From Bacteroidota bacterium (GTDB taxonomy: Bacteria > Bacteroidota > Bacteroidia > Chitinophagales > Chitinophagaceae): DNA of 64,000 nt. The position numbers and the translations under genes are program-made. How positions within the stretch are numbered: position 1 is the stretch's first letter; each line of letters starts with the position of its first letter. Under the pieces are notes generated by a model, which made no database searches, had not been told where the DNA came from, and saw nothing but the letters and a program-made list of their open reading frames with translations. Shown here one piece after another: positions 16,744 to 25,650 of this stretch. The stretch covers positions 32,649 through 96,648 of the forward strand of contig JAHEFK010000003.1 in NCBI GenBank assembly GCA_024640225.1. The letters are read 5' to 3'.

Positions 16744-19194
16744 TTAAAACTTCACGATTAGCTTCAAATTAAGCAACCTGGAGGTTAATCGATTGGGTAC
16801 GGCAAAGGTTTTACCACTGCTTTGATCTTGCACCCATGTGTAAGAAAGGGTGTTTTGAATACCTAATAAATTAAACACTTCTAAACTCAACCAAGCGGAA
16901 TTTATTTTTTTGTGTGCTATTGTAGTCGCCGCTTCTTGCGACTTGCGTTTAAACAATTGTGCACTAAAACCAATATCTACGCGTTTATAACTCGGCAAGC
17001 GCAAGGTGTCTGAATACCGAATTGCATCGGGTGGACCGAAGGGTAATCCCGTGCCGTACATAAAGTTGAGATGCACTTTGATATTCTCATTATTAGGCAA
17101 ATAATCTTCGTAATACATACCCAACATCAAACGCTGATCGCTGGGCCTTGGTATAAAACCTGGATGAACAATTGCCGAATCGGTACCGGCAACATTTTTT
17201 AGTGTATAAAAATCATCCTTCAAATCTTCGGCTGTTTTCATTAGCCCAAGACTGATCCAAGAAGTGGCATTTTTAACTAAATCGCCGTAAAAACGTGTTT
17301 CAATACCATAGGCATATCCACTCGAATTATTTTTTCCAAAATAACGAATGCGAATATTATCATACTCATAGGGCACTAAATCCCATAATTTTTTATAATA
17401 AATTTCATTGGTAATGCGCAAAGGTCGTCTGCCCCAATGTGCATTATAATCATAACCCAATACGGCATGCATCGATTTTTGCGATAATAAGGCGGTATTT
17501 AAAACCCCTTCTAAATTGCGCATTTCTCTATACAGAGGTGGCTGTGCATACCAACCCAAAGCAGCGCGCATAACCACATCACGTTGCCACTTTGGTTTGT
17601 ACGCCACTTGCATACGAGGCGACACGATGCATTCTTTATTTAAAAAATCATAATTGAAGCGAACCCCTATTGAAAAGGTAAGATCAACCGAATCGTTCCA
17701 CTTAAAATTATTTTGTATAAAGCCTTGTATTTTATCATAACGTAAATCAGCATGGCTCCGATACGATTTCATCATCGTAAGTTGCGCTGGATTATATGGC
17801 TGCGTGAAACCCGCCGAATCTCTACGCTCCCATTCTAGCAACTGATCTTGAATAGCAATACGTTGTAAATCGGCGCCCCATAACCAAACTTGTTTTTTAT
17901 GAATATAGGAGCCGCGATGACCAATACTTGTTTGTTGTACCTGCAAAAAATTGCGAGCGTAATTTTGAATCACTCCGGTGCCTAAATAGGTTTTAACTTG
18001 TCCAAAATTGGCTTTACCCAAATCAGTTTCTAATTCGCCCAACAAATACTCGCCACTGATATCGTAGCTTTCTTTTTCGTTGCTAAAATAAGCGCTCGCT
18101 AACAATTTTAAACGCAGATTTTTAGTAGGTCGATACGTAGTAGATAAGCCCGTAAATTTGGTATCAAACTGATCGAGCTCGGCACCTGTATAAAATATGC
18201 GCAACTGATAGGCTTTATTCACTAAACCAAAACTAGACGTTTGCTCTTCGGGTAAAAAATTAAACCGATTGCGGGCATAGTTGCCTAAAAACTCCCATTC
18301 CCATTGTTCATTTACTTTGTAATTGAGGAGGGTTTGCAGATCGGTAAATGAAGGATTGTAAACGCCTTTGGTAGGTTGTGCCTGCAGCAAATATTGATTG
18401 GTTTTTTGTCGAAGCCCAACTAAATAACTGAGCTTATTGTTTTTGGTGGCACCTTCGAGGTGTAAGCTACCTCCCAATAAACTCAGCGAAGCAGAGCCCG
18501 CAAATTGCTTGGGTTTTTTATAGGTGATATCTAAAACACTCGACATTTTATCGCCGTACTTGGACTGAAATCCGCCAACAGAAAATTGCACATGACTGGT
18601 GAGATCGGCATTTACAAAACTGAGTCCTTCTTGCTGACCGCTGCGCACTAAGAATGGGCGTGTAATCTCAAAGTCGTTAACATACACTAAATTTTCATCG
18701 TAATTGCCACCGCGCACATTATACTGGGAAGTGAGCTCATTGGTGCTGCCCACCAAGGTTTTAATAATCCCTTCAATACCGCCAATCGTACTGGGATTGA
18801 TACCGGCTTTGGAAGCATCAACGATGATAGCTCCCGCTTCAAAGCGTTGACGATCGGCCTTTTTAACCACTTCTTTAATTTCGAAAATGCGCTCTTTCAA
18901 CTGCACTTCCAATATTTTTACTTCGTCTTTTTTTAACTGCAACATGTATTGCTGCGCAATAAACCCTGTTTTGCTCAATCGCAAAGCGCCTTTTTTATCG
19001 GCTGTTATGGCTAATTGAAAAAATCCTTGCGCATCACTTACAGCCTGCTGCTGCTCAAAACTAATAAGCACATCGGCAACGGCATGTTGCTGCTCATCTT
19101 TAATACTACCTTTAATCCATGCTTGCTGCGCATACAAGTTAGTTTGTAGCAGCAGAGACAGCAATAAGATAAAGGTTGAGCGTAAAAATTTCAT
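16744..19194 (-). CDS. TonB-dependent receptor-like outer-membrane protein with carboxypeptidase-regulatory-like domain
   Basis: 816 aa. Signal peptide ...TNLYAQQ. AWIKGSIKDEQQ..DAQGFFQL is a CarbopepD_reg-like domain. Plug-like YNVRGGNYDENLVYVNDFEI. Long barrel ending ...LKLIVKF. Confidence 0.8.
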   Translation of the reverse strand: MKFLRSTFILLLSLLLQTNLYAQQAWIKGSIKDEQQHAVADVLISFEQQQAVSDAQGFFQLAITADKKGALRLSKTGFIAQQYMLQLKKDEVKILEVQLKERIFEIKEVVKKADRQRFEAGAIIVDASKAGINPSTIGGIEGIIKTLVGSTNELTSQYNVRGGNYDENLVYVNDFEITRPFLVRSGQQEGLSFVNADLTSHVQFSVGGFQSKYGDKMSSVLDITYKKPKQFAGSASLSLLGGSLHLEGATKNNKLSYLVGLRQKTNQYLLQAQPTKGVYNPSFTDLQTLLNYKVNEQWEWEFLGNYARNRFNFLPEEQTSSFGLVNKAYQLRIFYTGAELDQFDTKFTGLSTTYRPTKNLRLKLLASAYFSNEKESYDISGEYLLGELETDLGKANFGQVKTYLGTGVIQNYARNFLQVQQTSIGHRGSYIHKKQVWLWGADLQRIAIQDQLLEWERRDSAGFTQPYNPAQLTMMKSYRSHADLRYDKIQGFIQNNFKWNDSVDLTFSIGVRFNYDFLNKECIVSPRMQVAYKPKWQRDVVMRAALGWYAQPPLYREMRNLEGVLNTALLSQKSMHAVLGYDYNAHWGRRPLRITNEIYYKKLWDLVPYEYDNIRIRYFGKNNSSGYAYGIETRFYGDLVKNATSWISLGLMKTAEDLKDDFYTLKNVAGTDSAIVHPGFIPRPSDQRLMLGMYYEDYLPNNENIKVHLNFMYGTGLPFGPPDAIRYSDTLRLPSYKRVDIGFSAQLFKRKSQEAATTIAHKKINSAWLSLEVFNLLGIQNTLSYTWVQDQSSGKTFAVPNRLTSRLLNLKLIVKF

Positions 19195-19226
19195 GTTGCT
19201 TATTAAACGAGAAAAAGACGAACTTA

Positions 19227-19874
19227 TTATAGCTGTTTCAAAGCTGCAATAGCCGCTACTGGATCGGCAGCCGAAAACACCGTATTGCCCGCCACTAATA
19301 CATCGGCACCTGCTGCAATGATAGAGGCTGCATTTTCTAGCGTAACGCCGCCATCAATTTCAATGAGCGCTTTACTACCCGATGCCAAAATCATTTGCTT
19401 CAAAGCTTTGATTTTATCGATGGTTTGTGGAATAAATTTTTGTCCACCAAAACCTGGGTTCACACTCATCAAACAAAATACATCTACCTCTTGCACAATC
19501 GCCTCTAACTGATTGATTGCGGTATGCGGATTCACCGCTACACCGGCTTTCATACCCAGTGCTTTAATATGTTGTAAGGTTCTATGCAAATGGATACTCG
19601 CTTCTATATGCACACTCAATACATCGGCACCCGCTTTATGAAATGCTTCTACATAGTTTTCGGGTTGCTCGATCATGAGATGCACATCACACACTTTTTT
19701 AGTGGCGCGTTTCATCGCTTGAATAACGGGAATGCCAAAAGAAATATTGGGTACAAAACGACCATCCATAACATCTAAATGAAACCAATCGGCTTCACTA
19801 TTATTAATCATGTCGATATCTTTTTCTAAATGCAAAAAATTTGCAGAAAGCATGCTGGGTGCGATGAGTGCCAT
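19227..19874 (-). CDS. rpe: Ribulose-phosphate 3-epimerase
   Basis: 215 aa. APSMLSANF, HLDVMDGRFVPNISFG, MSVNPGFGGQKFI. Confidence 0.95.
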   Translation of the reverse strand: MALIAPSMLSANFLHLEKDIDMINNSEADWFHLDVMDGRFVPNISFGIPVIQAMKRATKKVCDVHLMIEQPENYVEAFHKAGADVLSVHIEASIHLHRTLQHIKALGMKAGVAVNPHTAINQLEAIVQEVDVFCLMSVNPGFGGQKFIPQTIDKIKALKQMILASGSKALIEIDGGVTLENAASIIAAGADVLVAGNTVFSAADPVAAIAALKQL

Positions 19875-19878
19875 ACGT

Positions 19879-20898
19879 TTATTTTTTTATAAAATGTTGA
19901 ATACGTTGAATTGCTTCTTTTGTGTTTTTATTTTTTGCGTCGAAGACTAAAGCTTGTTGATAATCTTCTTGTGCTTCGGCATATTTTTTCATCAGCTCTT
20001 TGCACAAGCCTCTATTATAATAAGCTTCTGCATTGGTAGGCTCCACCATGGTGATAATATCAAATTGTCGACTTGCCTTTTCTAAGGAATCTTCTTGCAT
20101 TAATAACCAACCTAAATTAAAATAAGCATTGGTATATTGATTGTCTTTATAAATACATTGCTGATAGTATTCCTTAGCTTTTGGAATAGCGCCTTGAGCT
20201 TGATAATAATTGGCAATAGCAAATAAGGGAAATACATTGCTTGTATCTATCTTAAAAGAATTTTGAAAATACTTTAAACACAGATCATTTTTTTGCGCCG
20301 CATATAATAACCCCAATTGATCGATAGCCTCGGTATAATTGGGCTGCACTTGCACCGCCGTTTGAAAACTAGAAATAGCATGATTAGTGTCTTTGGCATT
20401 TTTATAAATAACCCCTTTCAAAAAATAAGCTTCCGGATTGTACACATCTTTTTTGAGGACAGTATTGATTTCTGCAAAAGCCTTATTGTATTCTTTTAGG
20501 AAGACAAACATTTTAGCGATTTTTAAATGTGCTACTGGATCTTCAGGATCGAGCTGAATGGCTTTTTGCAACCATTGCACCGAACCACTAATATCTTTGT
20601 GCTCGAATAATAAATCGCCAATAACGCTAAAATAAATGGCTTTCGTGGAATCTAATTGGCACGCCTGTTTAAAATCTAATAAACCGACAGAATCCACACC
20701 CAAAGCACAGAGCGCTCTGCCACGATCGAAATAAAGCGCAGCCTCATCGGGCGAACGCATAATTTTTTGCGTATACGGCTCAATGCTTGGTTCGTGATAA
20801 ATAGCGGCATCGGTAAAGGATGTAGCCGATTTATGCTTGCAAGACACCAAACCAATACCAGCAAGAAAAAAAACTAAAATCGATTGGGATACCTTCAT
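19879..20898 (-). CDS. TPR-repeat lipoprotein
   Basis: 339 aa. Lipobox GLVSC. Repeated 34-aa A..Y...G......A...F..A...P-type units throughout. Confidence 0.7.
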   Translation of the reverse strand: MKVSQSILVFFLAGIGLVSCKHKSATSFTDAAIYHEPSIEPYTQKIMRSPDEAALYFDRGRALCALGVDSVGLLDFKQACQLDSTKAIYFSVIGDLLFEHKDISGSVQWLQKAIQLDPEDPVAHLKIAKMFVFLKEYNKAFAEINTVLKKDVYNPEAYFLKGVIYKNAKDTNHAISSFQTAVQVQPNYTEAIDQLGLLYAAQKNDLCLKYFQNSFKIDTSNVFPLFAIANYYQAQGAIPKAKEYYQQCIYKDNQYTNAYFNLGWLLMQEDSLEKASRQFDIITMVEPTNAEAYYNRGLCKELMKKYAEAQEDYQQALVFDAKNKNTKEAIQRIQHFIKK

Positions 20899-20900
20899 TA

Positions 20901-21686
20901 TTAATTGCTTGATTCGTTGTTCATACTTGCATCCATGTCGGGCTCGTTGAGCGCAACAGGATGTGATTTTTTTCTTAAACGCATATTCAATAATTCTACC
21001 GAAAAAGAAAAGGCCATGCTAAAATAAACATAGTTTTTGAGATGCATACTTTCTGCTGTTGCCGAATCCCATCCTTCTACCAACAAAACAAAACCTACTA
21101 ACACTAAGAACGAAAGGGCCAACATTTTTAACGTAGGGTGTTTTTCGATAAAAGCGGCAATACGACCACTGAATAAAAACATCACAAACATAGCAATTAC
21201 CACGGCTACAATCATGATCTGCACTTGATTGGCAATACCTACTGCGGTGATTACACTATCGAAAGAGAAAACCATATCTACCAGTAAAATTTGAGCAATC
21301 ATATAAGCAAAGGCATTTTGCTTGGACGCCGATGGTCCGCCGCCATGTTCTTCGCCTTCTAATTTTTGATGAATTTCACCTACCGTTTTTACTAATAAAA
21401 ATAAACCCCCGGCTAACATGATAAGGCCTCGTAAGGTAAAGCCTTTATCGAGCACAGGCAAGGTAAATAAGGTTGCATTACCATGCTGAATCAACCAAGT
21501 TAAACTAGATAATAACGCAATACGAATGATAATACCACCAAACATCCAATAATAGCGCGCTTTCTTTTGCTGAGCTTTAGGCATGCGACCCATAATAATG
21601 GATACAAAAATGACATTATCGATACCCAATACAATTTCTAATAAAGTAAGGGTCAATAAACTAATAAGAGCACTGAGTGAGAACAT
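20901..21686 (-). CDS. TerC family integral membrane protein
   Basis: 261 aa. LEIVLGIDNVIFVSI and SFDSVITAVG blocks typical of TerC. The start abuts the pyrD stop. Confidence 0.85.
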   Translation of the reverse strand: MFSLSALISLLTLTLLEIVLGIDNVIFVSIIMGRMPKAQQKKARYYWMFGGIIIRIALLSSLTWLIQHGNATLFTLPVLDKGFTLRGLIMLAGGLFLLVKTVGEIHQKLEGEEHGGGPSASKQNAFAYMIAQILLVDMVFSFDSVITAVGIANQVQIMIVAVVIAMFVMFLFSGRIAAFIEKHPTLKMLALSFLVLVGFVLLVEGWDSATAESMHLKNYVYFSMAFSFSVELLNMRLRKKSHPVALNEPDMDASMNNESSN

Positions 21687-22724
21687 CTAATTTTTATTTT
21701 GTTGCAAAAGCGCGTTACATATATTTTTTACAATACCCGGACCTTCATAAATAAAGCCCGTATATACTTGCACTAAAGAGGCGCCAGCATGGAGTTTTTC
21801 TAATGCATCTTCGGCGGTGAAAATACCACCCACCGCAATAATAGGTATACTACCCTTTGTTTTCTGATGAATATAGCGAATCACTTCGGTAGCACGAGCC
21901 GTAACGGGTTTTCCGCTCAATCCGCCCGCACCAATTGCCTCAACACGTTCTTTAGCGGTTTGCAATTGACTGCGATCAATAGTGGTATTGGTAGCCACAA
22001 TACCATCGATCTGCGTTGCCGCCACGATGTCTATAATATCATCTAATTGCGTATCTGTTAAATCGGGAGCGATCTTTAATAAAACCGGCTTTGGATGAGG
22101 CATCGATTTGTTAACGGCTTGCACTTTATGCAATAAAGCCATCAAAGGTTCTTTCTCTTGCAACTCGCGCAGACCTGGTGTGTTGGGGCTACTTACATTC
22201 ACTACAAAGTAATCAACTACCGCATGCAATGCTTTTACATTATACTCATAGTCTTTATAGGCTTCTTCGTTGGGTGTAATTTTGTTCTTACCAATATTGC
22301 CACCAATAATAATGCGTTCTTTTCGTTTTTGCAGTCTCAATACTGCGGCATCTACACCCCCATTATTGAAGCCCATTCTATTAATCAAAGCCTTATCGGC
22401 AGGCAATCTAAACAAGCGAGGCTTGGGATTACCATCTTGCGCCTTGGGTGTAAGAGTGCCAATTTCTATAAACCCAAAACCTAAGCAGGCCAAGGCATCT
22501 ATATGTTTGGCATCTTTATCAAAACCGGCAGCTAAGCCCACAGGATTAGGGAAATCAATACCCCAGAGCGTTCTATGCAAGTGCTCTGATTTTTTTTGAT
22601 ATACACCTTTTAATAAGAATCTAATTGGAGTGATCGTATAAGCCCTGTCTAATTGGCGCATGGTCCATAAATGAACCGCCTCGGGTGCAAATTGAAATAA
22701 TATAGTGCGAAGGAGTGCGTACAT
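21687..22724 (-). CDS. pyrD: Dihydroorotate dehydrogenase (quinone), class 2
   Basis: Start set to ATG 22724 (345 aa). [35 protein letters not shown]. The promoter box at 22732-22739 lies inside the longer track ORF. Confidence 0.92.
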   Translation of the reverse strand: MYALLRTILFQFAPEAVHLWTMRQLDRAYTITPIRFLLKGVYQKKSEHLHRTLWGIDFPNPVGLAAGFDKDAKHIDALACLGFGFIEIGTLTPKAQDGNPKPRLFRLPADKALINRMGFNNGGVDAAVLRLQKRKERIIIGGNIGKNKITPNEEAYKDYEYNVKALHAVVDYFVVNVSSPNTPGLRELQEKEPLMALLHKVQAVNKSMPHPKPVLLKIAPDLTDTQLDDIIDIVAATQIDGIVATNTTIDRSQLQTAKERVEAIGAGGLSGKPVTARATEVIRYIHQKTKGSIPIIAVGGIFTAEDALEKLHAGASLVQVYTGFIYEGPGIVKNICNALLQQNKN

Positions 22725-22731
22725 AGCTTTG

Positions 22732-22739
22732 CAAAGATA
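22732..22739 (-). promoter_or_regulatory. Bacteroidota -7 promoter box TATCTTTG
   Basis: Exact TAnnTTTG, 7 nt upstream of ATG 22724. Confidence 0.45.
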
Positions 22740-22807
22740 CATTGTTGCGTTGAAATCAAATGCATGCAATTAGCAACAATTTGTATTGAGTTTAACAAGT
22801 AATCTTT

Positions 22808-22815
22808 TATTTTTG
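22808..22815 (+). promoter_or_regulatory. Bacteroidota -7 promoter box TATTTTTG
   Basis: Exact TAnnTTTG, 8 nt upstream of ATG 22824. Confidence 0.4.
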
Positions 22816-22823
22816 GAGAACCG

Positions 22824-23537
22824 ATGCGCTATCCTCGTCTTTTTATCAATCTATTATTGCTTTGCTTGTCTTTCCAAAGCCTAGCGCAACAGCGCATCAT
22901 TCATGGCATGGTGCTAGAGGCTGCGGGCAAACAAGCGCTGGAACAAGTGAGCATTCAGAATATTTATACCAATGAGCAGACATTCAGCGATAGTAGTGGT
23001 TTATTTAAAATAAGTGTGGAGCAAGGACAGCTAATAGAATTTAGAAAAGCAGGCTTTAAGATTGCCCGTATGCGAATACCCAAAGGAGCTATGGCACCTT
23101 ATTTTAAAATCATCCTCAACAAACAACCTAATGCGGTACCGGAATATGTACAAAATCAATTTAAGGCCGATAGTATTCGCTACCGTGAATTATACAAAAC
23201 AGCCTTAAACTTTCCTAAGTTGAGCACTTTCGAGGCCTTGCAACATCCGTTTAGCGCTTTAAGTAAAAAGAATAGAATGATTTGGGCTTTTCAAGATGCC
23301 TATAGTGAGTTTGAAAAACAGAAGTACATCGATTATATGTTTAACGATGCATTGATAACGCAAATGACCGGCATCAAAGGCGATAGCTTAGTTTTATATA
23401 AACGTTATTATACCCCTAGCTATGATTTCATTCGAAAATCGAGCACATACGATTTCTACCTTTATATCAACAAAACGGGCGACCGCTTTAAGGGTGGTAA
23501 TATTTATAATTTCGGTATCAACCGATCTGCTCAATAA
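22824..23537 (+). CDS. Secreted hypothetical protein with N-terminal carboxypeptidase-regulatory-like fold
   Basis: 237 aa. Signal peptide ...SFQSLAQQ. RIIHGMVLEAAGKQALEQVSIQN...DSSGLFKI resembles a CarbopepD_reg domain. The rest is unassigned. Confidence 0.5.
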   Translation: MRYPRLFINLLLLCLSFQSLAQQRIIHGMVLEAAGKQALEQVSIQNIYTNEQTFSDSSGLFKISVEQGQLIEFRKAGFKIARMRIPKGAMAPYFKIILNKQPNAVPEYVQNQFKADSIRYRELYKTALNFPKLSTFEALQHPFSALSKKNRMIWAFQDAYSEFEKQKYIDYMFNDALITQMTGIKGDSLVLYKRYYTPSYDFIRKSSTYDFYLYINKTGDRFKGGNIYNFGINRSAQ

Positions 23538-23565
23538 AAAAGAGCCCCGAAAATTCGGAGCTCTT
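23537..23565 (+). repeat. 29-nt direct repeat copy 1 (terminator hairpin AAAAAGAGCCCCGAAAATTCGGAGCTCTT)
   Basis: 28/29 identical to 25013-25041 in the same orientation. Forms GAGCCCCG/CGGAGCTC hairpin flanked by A6 and T6 runs, so it can act as a bidirectional terminator. Confidence 0.85.
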
Positions 23566-23573
23566 TTTTAAAC

Positions 23574-24986
23574 CTATTTCAAATGGTTAGAAAGTTGATA
23601 ATCTTGGTAATTCCAAGATCTCCAATCTCTTGAATTATAATAATAATTCTGTCTTTTATATTTCTCTATTTTTTCTTGTAAACTTAAATAACTATTCACT
23701 GGAATCTCGTCTTGTGGCAGTTCATTTAAAATATACAAATTTGCATCTCCGAGATTTTCTATCAAATATTCAAAATCAATTTCCTTTTTATTATCCATTC
23801 CTAAATTATATTTAGTAATAATAATATCCCAATTGACAAAAGACATCAATAAAAGAACACTAACTAAATAAATAAAGTAATTATTAACTGCTATCCATAA
23901 ACTTATTTGATGTTTCAATTTCCTATATAAAACAATCAAACCTCCTAACGACAACAGCAACCAAACATAAACGCCTATTCTTAAATGCGTTAATCCATGA
24001 GCGTTTATGTACAAAGAATTGCGATATACTGTAATTAATAAAACAACTGCCATTTGAACAAGCCACGCATTTATAAAAAACATACTTTTTTTATAAGCAT
24101 CTGTCTTTTCAATTTTCCCCCAAAATACAATAACAACTATTGAAGAAGCCATTACTATAGAAAATACTAATGAATTAACTGCAGAATGAACAAAGTCTGA
24201 TAAGTTGATATGAGATGGCAAGTCCTTATGAAATAAAACATACGGAATATCACCAATAGTCATAATTAAAAGGAATACATTTAATATCCCAAATAACACA
24301 CGAATGAAAAAGTGAATATTGGAAGAAGTTGTTTTCGTTTCTTTTTCTGATTGCAGCTTTCTTTGTTCTTCAAAATCAACCAAAAGACCTATCCAGTCAT
24401 ATTGAGCGAACAACATAAATGAAACTATAAGGCTTAAAATAATAAAAAATACAAACTCAAAATTTATAAAGGAAAAATTTATTTTATCCATAAAATCTGA
24501 GAAAATTGGATTTGATACCCTATACAGAAATAAGAAAAACAGAGCAACTATTATTGCTGCAAACAGTATGAATATCTTTTTTAAACTGCTAAAAAACTTA
24601 AAACTCTTGTTGGTTTTATTTTTGTTTTTTAAATACAAAATACCCCCTATAAACAATGATACTGTATTTATAGTACTAGTTATTAACGCTTCAAAATAAA
24701 GCACATTGGGATACCGTTTTTTTAAACTCCAAATTGAGATTATTATAAAAAAAGAACAGTAGCTATTAAAAGATGGAACCAATGCAACTGAAACACCAGC
24801 TACAAATAACAAAAAATCAATAATACCAAAGCTTTTTATATCAACTGGCTTAATAAAGTACTGATTTATTAATATTAAAACAAATGAAAACAATACATAA
24901 TTGAGCCCAACGGATGCCTGATAAAAAAGACAAACAAAAAGTGCACTTGTTATTAAAAAACCGAGTAATTTATTTGTAAGGTTCAT
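23574..24986 (-). CDS. Polytopic membrane protein of unknown function (DUF4153/DUF4173-like by recollection), very low G+C
   Basis: 470 aa, about 12 hydrophobic segments. NSLYINAHGLTHLRIGVYVW block, C-terminal soluble tail. Hand counts of G+C: 13/60 and 15/60 in two samples. Confidence 0.6.
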   Translation of the reverse strand: MNLTNKLLGFLITSALFVCLFYQASVGLNYVLFSFVLILINQYFIKPVDIKSFGIIDFLLFVAGVSVALVPSFNSYCSFFIIISIWSLKKRYPNVLYFEALITSTINTVSLFIGGILYLKNKNKTNKSFKFFSSLKKIFILFAAIIVALFFLFLYRVSNPIFSDFMDKINFSFINFEFVFFIILSLIVSFMLFAQYDWIGLLVDFEEQRKLQSEKETKTTSSNIHFFIRVLFGILNVFLLIMTIGDIPYVLFHKDLPSHINLSDFVHSAVNSLVFSIVMASSIVVIVFWGKIEKTDAYKKSMFFINAWLVQMAVVLLITVYRNSLYINAHGLTHLRIGVYVWLLLSLGGLIVLYRKLKHQISLWIAVNNYFIYLVSVLLLMSFVNWDIIITKYNLGMDNKKEIDFEYLIENLGDANLYILNELPQDEIPVNSYLSLQEKIEKYKRQNYYYNSRDWRSWNYQDYQLSNHLK

Positions 24987-25012
24987 AAATTTAGAAGAAT
25001 TAAAATTTAATT

Positions 25013-25041
25013 AAAAAGAGCCCCTAAAATTCGGAGCTCTT
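25013..25041 (+). repeat. 29-nt direct repeat copy 2 (AAAAAGAGCCCCTAAAATTCGGAGCTCTT)
   Basis: 28/29 identical to 23537-23565. On the minus strand the hairpin is followed by a T5 run, so it can terminate 25058-25555. Confidence 0.85.
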
Positions 25042-25057
25042 AAATGACACTATATTA

Positions 25058-25555
25058 TTATTGCTTGTTTAATTCTAAGATTTTCTCAAATACTTCTTGT
25101 TCTCCGCCTTCTTCATAGCCACTGTGCATAAAGGCAATTTTACCGCTTTTATCTATGATGATGGTAAAAGGAACATTTTGAAAATTTAAAGAACGCTTTA
25201 AATCTGAATTGGGGTCAATAAAGGTTGGGAATTCCCATCCTTGTGATTTTACATAACTTTTCACCAAACCTTCTGTTCTTGACTCGTCGATAGAAACGGT
25301 CATGAAATTAAAATCAGCTTCTTTTTTCCATTCTGGTAATTGCTCACGAATATTTTTAATTTCTTTTTTACAAGGCACACACCATGTAGCCCAAAAACTT
25401 ACAAGGGTTACTTTACCTTTCTCAAAGCATTGATTAAACGCTACTTTTTTGCCAGAGGCAATATCTTTCACCTGTGTATCAGGCGTTTCTGCTTGTTGTG
25501 CCCATGCAGCTACCGTTACAAAACTGGCTACCACTGCAAACATAATTTTTTTCAT
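25058..25555 (-). CDS. TlpA/thioredoxin-like thiol-disulfide oxidoreductase (secreted)
   Basis: 165 aa. Signal peptide ...AAWAQQ. Active site FWATWCVPCKKE. Confidence 0.85.
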   Translation of the reverse strand: MKKIMFAVVASFVTVAAWAQQAETPDTQVKDIASGKKVAFNQCFEKGKVTLVSFWATWCVPCKKEIKNIREQLPEWKKEADFNFMTVSIDESRTEGLVKSYVKSQGWEFPTFIDPNSDLKRSLNFQNVPFTIIIDKSGKIAFMHSGYEEGGEQEVFEKILELNKQ

Positions 25556-25650
25556 AAGCTACTGTTTTTTTAAATACTTGCAATTATGTTGCTAAAGTAT
25601 ATGAAGATTGCTAATTTAGCCAAAATATTTAGACAATTAACAACTCCTTA

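Noticed and set aside
21680-21700. I looked for a yybP-ykoY (Mn) riboswitch ahead of the TerC-family gene.
   Set aside because: The TerC start abuts the pyrD stop, so there is no leader space for an RNA element.
22158-22599. Two overlapping plus-strand ORFs (108 and 109 aa) lie inside pyrD.
   Set aside because: They are antisense shadow ORFs within a confidently identified gene, with no recognisable motifs.
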